Shown: positions 22,195-34,445, counted from the stretch's first letter. The stretch: 64,000 nt of DNA from Octopus sinensis (GCF_006345805.1 NC_043006.1:64046001-64110000); one strand, 5' to 3'. Numbers and translations are program-made. Notes: a model not told the origin generated them from the letters alone.

Positions 22195-23045
22195 CAGCAA
22201 TTGAACTCGGACATGCTGGGGCAGCGCCTTGAAGGGTTTTACTCGAACGACCCCAGTACTTATGATTTTTCTATTTTGAAGTATGGTACTTATTCTATCG
22301 GTTCCTTTAGCCGAAAATTAGGGAGACGTAAACAAACCATTGCCGGTTATGAGGAGTGGAAAGAGTGGGGAACAAATGCAAATACACTTACACAATAGGC
22401 ATTCACCTACCAAATCCATTCACAAGGCAATGGCCGGCCGCAATTTTTTTTCCCATGAGAGTTCGGGAGCCCAGTAATGAACTCGTTTGCATACAGCCAA
22501 TCAGAGCTCACCTTGACCTTGTTGACAAGCTAAAAACACACTCTACCAAGTAAACTCAAGACGAAGAATGGTGTTGTAAGTGACCGATCGCCAAGTTATG
22601 CCTGATTTTAGAAGGAGACAAGTAATTAGATTTGCATCTATACCTATTATCGGATTTTGTTAGGGCCCTATATAGTAAAGATGAGGATGGGATAAACGTG
22701 GGTAGAAGGTGATGTGCTAGCAACGCTCTCCCCTTACTTTTTTTTACAAAGTAAACAACAACACAAATAACTATGCAGAGGCAGCCATGTTTGAAACAAG
22801 AACAACAAGCATTCTTAAAAGAGAAAAAAAGCATGATCACTCCTAACCCAAGTGACCTTATTACTTGTTATGCACCCATAACTTAGTTTGATAGTTGAGC
22901 TCTGATTGGTTGTATGCAAATGAGTTCAAAACTAGGGTCCGGAACACTCGTAGGAAAAAAAAATTCGCTGGCCGGCCTGGGCTTATAGTAGAAGACACGT
23001 ACATAGTTCCGCGCAAAGCGAACTTCTTAACCGCAAAGCCATTCT
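22195..23045 (-). mobile_element. SINE family B host interrupted by a MULE-like MITE
   Basis: Family-B sequence runs to 22439 and resumes at 22969 (…GGCC TGGGCTTATAGTAGAAGACAC). Confidence 0.75.
22440..22968. mobile_element. MULE-like MITE with ~70-bp TIRs and 9-bp TSD
   Basis: Inverted arms 22440-22510 and 22896-22968 (inner 33 nt 31/33 identical); TGGCCGGCC at 22431-22439 and 22969-22977. Confidence 0.7.
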
Positions 23046-23304
23046 CAAAGATGGGCAAAATCCAGTAAATGCTGCAATACTAGGCCAACTCGTCGCAAAG
23101 GAGGTAGTCTCTAATTCTTCACCTCGTTCTAAAAATCAGTTTAATATCATTGGCCCGTCAACAAGGACCGGATCCACACATTAATCTGATATGACGTTTT
23201 GATCTGGGCTATAAAGTCTAAAAAACGTATTTAACGATAATGATTGAGGAAGATTAAGACGCTCGGTAGTGTTCCGGCGGCAGACTAGAATCGTTGATAC
23301 GGTA

Positions 23305-23350
23305 GGCGTAGGCGTGGCTGTGTGGTATTAAGCTTGCTTCCCAACCACAT
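23305..23350 (+). mobile_element. SINE family B, head only
   Basis: GGCGTAGGCGTGGCTGTGTGGTATTAAGCTTGCTTCCCAACCACAT. Confidence 0.8.
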
Positions 23351-23449
23351 TGATTAATATTTTACTCTGGTAGAACCCCATAGCCATTCGAAGTTTGAAA
23401 ACTAATTTTATTGATATTTCTTCCAAAGTCACTGTGCTTATCACACTTA

Positions 23450-23650
23450 GAAAAAGAAACGCAGCCGTTTCTTGCAAAGCAGCATTTTTTCATGGAGCCA
23501 TTAATATATGTATAACTACAGTGGAGCCCAAATTTACTTACTATTCTGCATGCGTGCTCCCCCTCATAGGGTTCACTGCTACAAAATAAACAATACATCA
23601 TTTCATGTGAATTCAACACGACGAAGACCGTTCTTCGAATTGATGTCGCT
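23450..23650 (-). mobile_element. Possible decayed Penelope-like GIY-YIG endonuclease fragment
   Basis: ORF 23362-23742 contains NSHEMMYCLFCSSEPYEGEHACRIVSKFGLH, fitting an S-x-N-x-x-Y-x-I-x-C...Y-x-G-E-T...R...H pattern. Confidence 0.35.
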
Positions 23651-23868
23651 AAAGTGTATCCCGCGCCTGTGTTGGTGCATTCTGGTGTAAATAGATATGT
23701 GTCAATTACTTGAGGTAAACACTCCCAAAATGGGAGTAACACTCAACAAAGACGCGTAAGAAAGGGTGCACATAGGCATTCAGTAATGGGGGAGGTAAAA
23801 AGTATTGGGGAGTGGGGTCAATTTAATTAACTAAAGCTCTTAAAGGTGGTGCAGTCAAATGAACGAGA

Positions 23869-23869
<1 letters not shown>

Positions 23870-23928
<59 letters not shown>

Positions 23929-24064
23929 GTACATACATATATATATATATAATATACTACCACATTGTATACATATATATATATATATATACACACATAT
24001 ATGTATATACACACACACACACACAAATATATATACATATACATATATATGTACACACATATTA

Positions 24065-24118
<54 letters not shown>

Positions 24119-24286
24119 TGTGTGTATATGTATGTATATATATATATTATATATATATATATTTGTATATATGTATGTATGGTGTATGTATGTATGTATG
24201 TATGTATGTGTGTATATATATATATGTATGTATGTATGTGTGTAATAATATATGTATGTATGTATGTATGTATATATATATATAAA
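23870..24286. repeat. Long compound (TA)/(TATG)/(CA) microsatellite
   Basis: Direct reading. Confidence 0.95.
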
Positions 24287-24299
24287 CTTAGGCAGCGGG

Positions 24300-24539
24300 C
24301 AGAAGTTTATTTGAAACCTGGTACCTATTTTTATTAGTTCCATTTGCCGAACCGCTAGTATGCAGGGACGTAAACACATCAATATCAGATGTCAAGCGGT
24401 GGCAGTAGGCAGACACACACACACGACGAGTTTCTTTCTACTAGAATCCACAAACAAGGCTCGAGGCTATTGTAGAAGACACTTGCCCAATGTGCCACGC
24501 AGTGGGACTGAACCTGAAACCGTTTGCTTGTGAAGAAAA

Positions 24540-24540
<1 letters not shown>
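24300..24540 (-). mobile_element. SINE family B, partial
   Basis: TTGCCGAACCGCTAG...GTAGAAGACACTTGCCCAATGTGCCACGCAGTGGGACTGAACC. Confidence 0.85.
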
Positions 24541-24588
<48 letters not shown>

Positions 24589-25269
24589 GCACATATATAC
24601 GTAGATACATATATGCACACACATGAATACATAAACTATGCATACATACGTACATTTTTATAAGTGCATTTATACACACATGTAGGAAAGAGTGAGAGAG
24701 GGAGAAAGATGAACATCAGAATCTGAGAATCGCCCGAAAGGAAACGATGTGCGAAATGATTATTGAGCAGTGAGATTTTCCTGTTATCTATGTTGAAAAG
24801 GGAAAATAGGAAAACTAAATTCAAATATAAAAAGAACGGGAGGAAAGAAAGGGGTAGAGATAAAGAAGAAAATCTATCCACCAGTCCGTGCTTCCATCAC
24901 ATTCAACGGTTTCTTAATAATAACGATTTTCCTCACTACACCGGTTCCTTAGTAATAAATAGTATTTCAATCCTATCCTCCCGGCATGTGATAAATTATT
25001 TATGGCCAGCTGGCCACCAAGATAATAAATTATCTCCCTTGATTTTTATTTGCACATTGACTCTTCATTCATCGATCTTACTTCCCTAGCAACTACTTTT
25101 CTACGCCAACAAATATACATTTCTATCTGTATGTTTTACTAAGCGATTCATTCGTTCGGTGCTATTTCGGTAAGTTACTGCGAGGCTACGTAATGCATGA
25201 GCCTTTTCGGAGGACACTTGATCTGTTAGAAATGGCTGCTAAATCTATCCCATCCTTTTATCCTTATCT

Positions 25270-25430
25270 CTCTACTCTTTTACTTGTTTCAGTCATGTGA
25301 CTGTGGCCACGCGGGAGCACTGCCTTTAGTCGAACAAATCGACCACAAGACTTATTCTTTGTAAGCCTAGACGTATACACACCAACATCGGTTGTCAAGC
25401 GATGTTGTAGGAACAAACACAGACATATAC

Positions 25431-25463
<33 letters not shown>

Positions 25464-25641
25464 ATAATATATATAATATAAATACATATATACGAACGGC
25501 TTCTTTCAGTTTCCGACTACTAAATCCACTCACAAGGCTTTGGTCGGCCCGAGGCTATAGTAGAAATCACTTGCCCAAGTTCTGAACCCGGAACCATGTG
25601 GTTTGTAAGCAAGCTACTTACCACACAGTCACTCATACGCC
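25270..25641 (-). mobile_element. SINE family B, full length
   Basis: Tail CTTTTACTTGTTTCAGTCATGTGACTGTGGCC, central (TA) tract, head CTTACCACACAGTCAC. Confidence 0.9.
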
Positions 25642-25657
25642 TATCTTTTTCATTTTT

Positions 25658-25811
25658 TTTCTTTTACTCGTTCCACCCATTCGACTGTGGCCATGCTGGG
25701 GCACCGCCTTGATGAATTTTATTCTAGGGAGTCGACATCAGTACCTTTTTTAAAGCTTGGTACTTATTCTGTCGGCCTATTTTGCCGAACCGCTAAGTTA
25801 CGGAGACGTAA

Positions 25812-25859
<48 letters not shown>

Positions 25860-26014
25860 GACAAGCTTCTTTCGGTTTCCGTCACACAAATCCACTCACA
25901 CGGCTTTGGTTAACCTGAGGTTACAGAAGACACTCGTCCAAGGTTCCACGAAGTAAAACTGAACCCGGAACCATGTAGCTGCGAAGCAAACTTCTCACCA
26001 CACAACCACACCTA
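25658..26014 (-). mobile_element. SINE family B, full length, adjacent to the previous copy
   Basis: Same landmarks with a central (CA)n tract. Confidence 0.9.
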
Positions 26015-26470
26015 TCCCCCTCCTCCTTCTCCCCCCCCATACCAATACAGAATTGTCATGACTGAAACGCTTTTGATCAACACTCATCTCAATCAGAACT
26101 GACTTGGAGTTAATAAGCCAGCAACTAACCAAACAAGCAATAGTGAGGCTACACTTCGCCGATGATGCCAAAATAAGGCAATAAAATATCCCAGAACACG
26201 TCTTTTCCTACTTAGGATAAAATGAAGACAAATAAAAGAAAATAGGATAAAGAATAATAATAATCGGACATGTTACTATTTTTTCCTCTTCCATGATTTA
26301 TTACGTTTTAGTTTTACGATATCCCAAGGATTAAAAAGGATTGACACGAACTTAGCTAACAAAACACGAGTTTATGTGCCTGCTTGGTTGTATGCGAGAA
26401 GTTACTCGCCCACCCCTTTCGCCAAGACATGTCAAATCGTGTATTGCCTTTATATGACCCTTATGTCCTT

Positions 26471-26505
<35 letters not shown>

Positions 26506-26899
26506 CGTGCTCATGCACACGCACAAATGCAGAGAAGACCATAGCGAAATCAAAATCCAAAAGTAAAACGCAAGTAAAAAAAACAAAAATAAAAATAAAT
26601 CAAGTGAGAAAAATTAAAAAAGAGAGAGAGAGGGAGGTGTACACACACATATGATCAAATTAATATTTCGTTCAATTCTTCCCATTCTTCAATTCAAGCA
26701 TAACTGACAACATGATGTCGTTTGAAATTCTGCAACTCGAGTAAACAATATAAGTAAGTGAGAGAGAGGGGGGGGGAGTACGCGCGCAGCACCCTCTGCT
26801 TTGCTTTTTCTTCAATTTTACGTTAGCTCTACATATTTGAAAACTGAATCGGTGATCGCGCGGGCACGTGTATATGTGTGTGAGTGTGTGTGTGTATAT

Positions 26900-27213
26900 C
26901 CTTTACCTTTTACTTGTTTCAGCCATTAGCCTGCGGCCATGCTGGGGCGCCAGCTTGGAGATCTTTTAGTAAATGAATGGATCCCTAACACTTATTCCCA
27001 TGGCTCTGGTATCAGTCTCTTGCCGAACCTCTAAATTACGTGGATAAACACACTAACACCAGTTGTCAAGCACACACACACAACGGGTTTCATTCAGTTT
27101 CCAACTGGCAAATCCTCCCAGAAGGGTTTGGTCGGTTCGAGGCTATAGTAGAAGACACTTGTTCAAGGTGTCATGGAATGGGGCTGAACCTGAAACAATG
27201 TCGTTGGGAAGAA
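26900..27213 (-). mobile_element. SINE family B
   Basis: CTTTTACTTGTTTCAGCC...GGCCATGCTGGGGC...GAGGCTATAGTAGAAGACACTTG. Confidence 0.85.
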
Positions 27214-28069
27214 AGAGAGACCGATGGATGGATGGACACACAGACAGATAAATGAGTCTAACTCTTGCCAGCTGAGTAAAATATGATTCACTGAAAAGAT
27301 ATAATAAGATGGAAACGCGCCTTTTCCTTTCACCAGTTGGCTCTAAAGACCATATCTATTTCAATCTACATCAAAGTTTTGATCAACCGATCATATTAGA
27401 GTTTTTTCCTTAGCACCCCACTTTTTCTTTTATATCGCTCACGCTTTAAATACTATAATACAACTTTCGAGTCTTCCTCCCAAAAGGTTTTTTTTTTCTT
27501 TTACCTAATATGTATTATCTATAGCCTTATCTACTTCGAACTTCACCGTTATAAACGATGGTTTCATCTGTTTTTCTTTCTCCACCGTTCTTTGTTTTCA
27601 TTTTTTCGGCAATGAAAACATTAGTCCCCTGTCCTAAGCAAACGTAAACAATTAAAACAAGAAGTCCAACACTAAACTGACTAAAAGAACTTCCCAGTCG
27701 TTTATTGTTAATCCATCGTCCCGATAAACACCACCATCTAGCCTTTAGGTCCCTCTAGCGGAGGTTACAGTATTCTAAGCATTCGGGTAATGTCTCTAAT
27801 TTGAAAATAACCTCTTCCATTTTACTCTTCAGTCTCAGAGGTTTTGAAAAAGGTCATGAACGCTAGCCAAATGTGCATTACTGAAATACATGCGACCCAA
27901 TTAAACACTCGCGAGTGCGCAACGTGGTTGCTTAACATGCTAAAAAAAATAAAATAAATGTTCACATATAATGCAGAATGTTTTGTCGCAATGCATTGTG
28001 TGGCAGTAGTCACGACCAGATAGACACAACATTTAGTCGTGATTTTCAGAGAATAATATACAATATATC

Positions 28070-28306
28070 AATACACACACACATATATATAATTACATAC
28101 ATACACACACACATCCACACACACACAACCCACACACACACACACACATATCTATATAATATATAATATTATATATATATATAATATATATATATATATA
28201 TACAAGTAGGTAGTTTTTTTTTTTTATTTTATTGTTCATATTCGACAAATCCAGATTAAGTGTTTTCACGTTTAAATTCTAGTCCTTTGTTTCTTGCCGT
28301 GTTATA

Positions 28307-28345
<39 letters not shown>

Positions 28346-28470
28346 TATATAAATATATGTGTGTTTGTGTGTGTGTGGTGTGTGTGTGTGTGTCTGTGTG
28401 TGTGTGTGTGTGGTGGGTTGTGTGTGTGTGTGTGTGTGGTCGTTCATACATACATACATACATACATGCA
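28070..28470. repeat. Compound CA/TA/GT microsatellite cluster
   Basis: Direct reading. Confidence 0.9.
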
Positions 28471-28838
28471 TAGAAAGCTATACACACGCATTCATGTATT
28501 GTTTATCGTGTATTAATTTCTATGTGTGTGCGTACAAATATAAACATACACATACATTATTTACACAACACACACACACACACACATACATGAGGATGAC
28601 TAGAGACAACTGCTTCGAAGCTTCCAGTCCTATACCCAGGTTATAATTACACATTTATACCAACAATAACTGGTGCATTTGGTTTCGTTGGTAAATATTG
28701 GAGTGACAATTTGGAAAGGCAAGGATTTTAAGAAAAACATATCAATTAGCCAATTCGCATATTACAAATGCAACCTGTAAGCGGGACAGTAAAAATCTGT
28801 AAGACTTTTCTCAAGTTCTAAATGTGACTTCTTTTTGT

Positions 28839-28871
<33 letters not shown>

Positions 28872-28919
28872 TAGTAGTAGTAGTAGTAGTAATAGTAGCA
28901 GCAGCAGCAGCAGCAGCAG

Positions 28920-29105
28920 CTGTTGTTTAGTCTCCCAGGCGAAACCTCCTCGATGAGAGAGCTGTAATCAAAAGCTTTCTAACCATGACCATCCAACAAT
29001 CTTTCCACTACGCAGGCAATCCAGTTTCGCAACCAATCTGTCCTTATTAAAGACGATGGAATAAGATTTGAAGGAGATTTGGCTGTTACTTTTTGCAAAT
29101 GGAGC
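28920..29105 (-). mobile_element. Repeat family D copy
   Basis: TGTTGTTTAG...ATCAAAAGC...CCATGACCATCC...GATTTGAAGGAGATTTGGCTG. Confidence 0.6.
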
Positions 29106-29327
29106 GATGGTGATGTGTTTTGCGAGTGGCAGGTGTCAGCCATCGCCAGAAACAAATGTGTCCATATTAACTCTTAGTATTTTTAATAGCGTACGTGAGA
29201 GAGGTGGATAGGGGCGGGGGCGAGAAACAGAACGAGGAAGGGAGGGAAGGAGAGAGAGGTGGACAGACAAGGAGCGAAGTGGGATTAACCGAAAAGATAG
29301 CTAACATACGGTAGAAAGTAAAGATAA

Positions 29328-29427
29328 NNNNNNNNNNNNNNNNNNNNNNNNNNNNNNNNNNNNNNNNNNNNNNNNNNNNNNNNNNNNNNNNNNNNNNNNN
29401 NNNNNNNNNNNNNNNNNNNNNNNNNNN
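29328..29427. other. Assembly gap (100 N)
   Basis: Run of 100 N; the true gap size is unknown. Confidence 1.
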
Positions 29428-29439
29428 TCGGTGCACATG

Positions 29440-29608
29440 GTGAACCCATCTATTCTATAGAACTGACACAGGAATTACTTATTTTTGCCAGCTGAGTGGA
29501 TGAGAACAACGTGAAATGAGGTGTTTTGCTCCAGAACACAACGTATCATCCGAAACCACAATGTTACGTCATGAGTGCAACACCCTAACCACTAAGCCAC
29601 ACGTCCAT
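29440..29608 (-). mobile_element. SINE family C
   Basis: TTTTTGCCAGCTGAGTGGA...CAACGTGAAATGAGGTGTTTTGCTC...CCCTAACCACTAAGCCAC. Confidence 0.8.
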
Positions 29609-29688
29609 TCCATACACACGCGCAAATGTACAGAAAACAAAAGACAGAGACAGATGAGGGATCAACAAACAAGTGTATTAGTTTAACA

Positions 29689-29723
29689 CTTGACGTTTCG
29701 AGCCTACGCTCTTTGTCAGGAAA
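29689..29723 (-). ncRNA. Minimal hammerhead motif, G8 mutated (same family as 7075 and 60519)
   Basis: Minus strand CTGACAA-A-GAGC gtag GCTC-GAAAC-GTC; stem I poorly paired. Confidence 0.55.
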
Positions 29724-29757
29724 GGCTGAGGTAAAAATTTAAAAAACGGAGATGGAG

Positions 29758-29822
<65 letters not shown>

Positions 29823-29987
29823 TATAATGTTAAGTCCAGGTGCTTATTCAAAAAGGGATTGGTGATGATGAAAATCGAAAGAGTATGGAAAAAGATTTAT
29901 AAATATAGATACATACATACATCCGTAACTTTTGAAAAAAAAAAATAATAAATAATAATAATAATAATAATAATAAAAGAAACACCA

Positions 29988-30244
29988 TGGAAGGAGAGAA
30001 AATGCACGATCAGTTTGCAAAGGATATGAACGCCAATATAGATACAGAAGACTGGTGGCTATGGATGAGGAGGATTGACCTGAAGACAGAGACAGAAGTA
30101 CTTGCATGCGCAGCTTAAGAACAAGCGTTAAGGACTAACTATGTGAAGTGCAGAATCGACAACACTACTGACAGCAGCAAATTGAGATTGTGTGGTGATG
30201 GGAGTGAAACGGTATGGCACATCGTTAACGAATTCCCGAAATTA
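29988..30244 (+). mobile_element. R4/Dong-clade non-LTR retrotransposon fragment next to (TAA)n
   Basis: From 30002: MHDQFAKDM...WWLWMRRIDLKTETEVLACAA*EQALRTNYVKCRIDNTTDSSKLRLCGDGSETVWHIVNEFPKL, matching the MHGQ...LKxETE...AAQEQAL.TN...CRLC...ET..HIVSEC region before the RLE domain; one in-frame stop. Confidence 0.8.
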
Positions 30245-30464
30245 TTAATTCTAGGTTAGAACTGATAAAAAGAAAGGACAGTGTCTACATCATTGTTCTT
30301 TCTTTTTATTAATTCTAGGTTAGAATTGATCCAAAAGACCTATGATCTCATACATTCCCATGTTCAATCGTCCTTCTCGACATAGCAGTCAAATCTTGAT
30401 ATCTCACCTTAAAAACTGAACACGTTGGAAACAACGATAAAAAAAAACGGATGAGCCAACGAAG

Positions 30465-30600
30465 GAAACTTCAATGCGGTTACTCAGACGCCTAGAAATA
30501 GCAGTCAAACAGGACACATTCGACACTATATCTGGAACAGGTTGGTAATATCAGAGCAGGAATCCCTTTCAATTATAGGTTTCCTTGATTGGAGCTGACA
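30465..30600 (+). mobile_element. Repeat family D copy
   Basis: CCTAGAAATAGCAGTCAAAC...CTTTCAATTATAGG. Confidence 0.45.
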
Positions 30601-30794
30601 AGCATTTGAAATGGCAAGTGGTGATCGGCATGGCTGATCTCTCCCAGAACTTCTCTGTTGAGGGTTTTTATCTTCAGCTCAATCCATATCAAACAGATCT
30701 ATGATCAAAAGTGTTTCCATGTTCAGACAATGTCTTTCAAATTTATCATATCATCTAATATAATTTCAGAGAGAGAATTAATTGTTGTTTCTCA

Positions 30795-30930
30795 TAGGAC
30801 GAGCACGTCAACGTAGAGTAATTACGGGTAACCCGCGGGACTTTCCGAGTGGCACTCCATAACGAAAAGTTTACCTTGAACTTTTTTTTTAGTCATGCAG
30901 CCCGCTTTTCGAAAAGGTTGCCCAAGCCTA
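30795..30930 (+). mobile_element. hAT-type MITE family F
   Basis: CCCGCGGGACTTTCCGAGTGGCAC...GCAGCCCGCTTTTCGAAAAGGTTGCCCAAGCCTA. Confidence 0.55.
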
Positions 30931-31243
30931 ACGTGGAGGTTGTTACTGTCTTGTCAGAGGATAGACATTATAAAAAGCTAAATGTGGAAATAACATTATT
31001 TAAAAACAAAAAGGAAATAAAAAAAAATAAAATGGAGGGTAAAGTTACAGGAAAAAACATTTAAAAATGGGATAGAAGCAAATATCTGGACGTGAGATGA
31101 TAAGATAAAATATTTAGAGGGTGTAAGAAGAAGAGTCAGACATTTAAAACACAAGAGACTTGTAGAATTAGGAGAGTTTTCCCCCCTAAAATCTTACACA
31201 ATACGAACATTAAATATTCAGGCACACGTATCTTATACATATA

Positions 31244-31283
<40 letters not shown>

Positions 31284-32012
31284 CGATACAGCGACAGAAA
31301 GAGTAGTGGGAAGAGGAGAGTGTAAACTACATGAAAATAGAGTAGCAGAAAATTACACACTCGACTACATACACACACACATACATACATACACGCAAAT
31401 ACAGAAAAGGGAGAAGAAAGAGAAGTACAAAATGTTCAAAAAGGGAGGAGAAGGAGGAGAGTGAACACCATAAAAGGGGAGGTGTGAGGGAAAAAGAGAA
31501 AAACTCTCCCAGGCGTCTATTCATATTACTCTTTTCATTGTAGCTTTATTGTTTCTTATTTTTCTCCCACTTCTGATATTCGGTTTGTTAAGTTTTCTTT
31601 CTTTGAATCACCCGCTGACAATAGATGTGTATATCTGTCTGGAGGAATAGAGGTGAATGGATTTGTCGGCGAAAAGTGGTTGGTGATGGTTTGGATAAAA
31701 GAAGTGATAAGAGAGAGAGAGAGAGAGAAACAGCCATGCCCTCCTCTCAACCCACCGAACAATAAAAATGTTGGTGGGCCACGAAAGATACGAAAACTAC
31801 CTTCCCTCAGGATTAATACAACGGGGAATGTGTGCGTGCGCGCGCGGGAGTATTGATTGCGCCTAGACATAGTGATAGCAATAACCAATTGTTACAACTC
31901 GTAAGACTTTAGAGCAGAGTTTCTCAAACACATTTTGCCTTTGAACTCCTTTCATTTCTATTTTACGCTGCGGACAGCCATTAGCCATTCACTGTGTATG
32001 TATGTATGTATG

Positions 32013-32068
<56 letters not shown>

Positions 32069-32088
32069 GGGGAGGGGTGACTTAAATG

Positions 32089-32850
32089 CAGAATCGCAGC
32101 TCTCCTTGAAAAATGTATTTAAAAAAAAAATTTTTTTCGGATTTCTACGTTTTAGATGTCGATATGAATAAGCAAAAATTTAAAAAAAAATTTATTTCAC
32201 TCCCCTCTCCTCCCCCAAAATTTAAAATTTTGAACTTTTTTCGAAATTTTTTTCAAACCACCTTTTCCAAATTTAAAATGCCCACCTCAACTTCCCCTTC
32301 CCCCAAATTTTACCCCGCCTCTTCAGCGGACACACAGACACCTCTCCCCACAAAAAAACAAACATTTCCGATTTTGTTTTTTTTTTTTCGATGTTTTCGA
32401 TGACGGAGATTATGAATATGCAAGAAACCACGTTTTTCAAAATTTTAAATTCAAATAGATATGAATAAACAGATAGGGATGAAAAAGCTCAAAATTCAAA
32501 ATTGGGGAGGGGATGAAATTTGAGCCCCTTATTAAACTTTATAACATTAATGCTTGTTTCTCATAAAATGGTGTATATATAATTTACATTAAATTATTAT
32601 TTACGATTATTTAAGGTAAACACAAGTAAAACGCAAATTCTTTTCACTTTAATGTTTTTGTCTGGATTTAATTTCAATTTGCATGTGTTCGAAAATTTGC
32701 AACAATCTCTTTAAACAAAATCAAAATTTTAATTGGGGGTGAGGGGGTGAAATTAAAAAAAAAATTTTAAGCATATTCGTAATCTCTGACATCTAAAACG
32801 TAGGACTCGGAAATTTTTTTTTAAAGCATTTTTCAAGGAGAGGTGCGATT

Positions 32851-32853
<3 letters not shown>
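32089..32853. mobile_element. Foldback element with long (>140 bp) imperfect TIRs
   Basis: Left CAGAATCGCAGCTCTCCTTGAAAAATG...CTACGTTTTAGATGTC; right-end reverse complement CAGAATCGCACCTCTCCTTGAAAAATG...CTACGTTTTAGATGTC. No ORF. Confidence 0.8.
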
Positions 32854-32903
<50 letters not shown>

Positions 32904-32905
<2 letters not shown>

Positions 32906-33458
32906 GCCCTGATGCAGTACCAGGCAGTGGCTCTCGTGGCTTCTGATCTTAACTGGCAGGAAGTGTTATTATGTACATTGTTTTGTCTTGGTATAAAAGA
33001 TGGGTTATAGCAAATATTCTGCTCAATAACACAGATTTGCTTGTCAGTTGTTTGACTGTAACCAGTTGAGCATGTCCTTTAGTGGCTGACGATATGTGCA
33101 TCTCTGATCACGAGCAAAAGTAGTGGGGGAGCATCATAGCCATGTGTTGAGAGGGATTCTTTGGGGTTTGAATAATTCACCTCTGGAAACATGCGTGTTT
33201 CATTCAACATCCTTAAACAACCCTTGTTCAGGGACCTTTTGAACGGGATGGGTTACTGGACCAGGAGAAAATTCTAACTGGGGCCCACCTGCAAGGTCAT
33301 GTGCTGTTTATCTTGATATGAGATCACCATGTCGCGCACATATGGTGTGATGCATGTGCCTAGTGTACCCTTATCAGATGGGTAGTCATGATGGGTATAC
33401 TGGACTTCGTATATTTTACCCTAGTGTCACTTTGATGGTATGCACTGCTCTCACACTC
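32904..33458. mobile_element. Unclassified ~555-bp element bounded by (AAT)n
   Basis: Sharp compositional block between an (AAT)n tract (32854-32903) and a decayed AAT tract; resembles a repeat I recall from octopus DNA; single copy here. Confidence 0.5.
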
Positions 33459-33480
33459 AATAATAGTCATTATAATTAAT

Positions 33481-33640
33481 AGCACGCAGGACAAAATGCT
33501 TAACGGTATTTCGTCTGTCTTTACGTTCTTACTCTAAATTCCGCCGAGGTCGACTTTGCCGTTCATCCTTTCGGGGTCAATGTAATTAACTGCCGCCACC
33601 CCCAAAATTTCAGGCCTTGTGCCTACAAAAGGATTATTAT
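33481..33640 (+). mobile_element. SINE family A, internally deleted
   Basis: AAATGCTTAACGGTATTTCGTC...CCGCCGAGGTCGACTTTGCC...GGCCTTGTGCCTA. Confidence 0.85.
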
Positions 33641-33854
33641 TAACCCCCCGCTCTCTCTCTAACACACACACACACACACACACACACCATTCACATAGTT
33701 ATTTCCAATGCCAAAGCATGAAAATCTCAATAAAACACTTGTAGTGAAAATGTGTACAGAACGACATAATCTTTTCTTATACAGATTTCAGCCATTTTCT
33801 TTTTCGCTGGTTATATCGATCTCAGAACAGCGCCACAAACAAGCACGTACACGC

Positions 33855-34150
33855 AGTATAACTACGTGGTTCCCGGATCAGTCTCTTTGCGCGGCACCTT
33901 TGGCAAGTATCTTCTACTCGGGTCAACCAATGCCTTGTGACAGAATTTTTGCAGACAGAAACTACGGAAGCCTATCGTAAGCCCTCACTCACCTATTAAA
34001 ATCGATATTGGTTTGTTTACGTTCTCGTAACTTAGCGGTTTGGCAAATGTGACAGAATAAATACCAGACTTGAAAACGTAACTACTAGGGTCAATTTGTT
34101 CGACTAAATCCTACAAGGTGGTGCCCCAGCATGGCCACAGTCCAGTAAAC
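33855..34150 (+). mobile_element. SINE family B, decayed
   Basis: GGCACCTTTGGCAAGTATCTTCTAC...GTAACTTAGCGGTTTGGCAAA...GGTGCCCCAGCATGGCCACAG. Confidence 0.8.
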
Positions 34151-34164
34151 AAGCAGCAATTATG

Positions 34165-34445
34165 ACGAGCTCCACTTGATAAGGGGGAGATAATCCTGTA
34201 ATCTCAAGAAACAAGTAGTCGGCAATGTTGACATGCCATGGACACAAGTTTCTGCATGAATGGACGTCGACAGCACGGCTTTAGTCCGATCTGATCTCCT
34301 GTAGCCAAGGAACTTAGACCTATACGAATAGTCAAACACATTCCTGGCCTAGGTAATTTTGCATAATTTAAACAAAAATTAACTAAGAGAAATACTTGAA
34401 TGGCCAGGGGCACGTATTTGACCAGCATAAACAAATACGAGCAAA
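34165..34445 (-). mobile_element. Repeat family E copy (hammerhead-bearing)
   Basis: Shares GGGGAGATAATC, TGGCCYAGGTAA, GCATAA(A/T)TTAAACAAAAAT and ACAAATAC with 44790-45370. Confidence 0.55.
34235..34279 (-). ncRNA. Degenerate hammerhead motif in family E
   Basis: Minus strand GCCGTG-CTGTCGA-cgtccattcatgca-GAAA-cttgtg-TC-CATGGC; 6-bp stem I, GUC triplet, A6 mutated. Confidence 0.5.
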
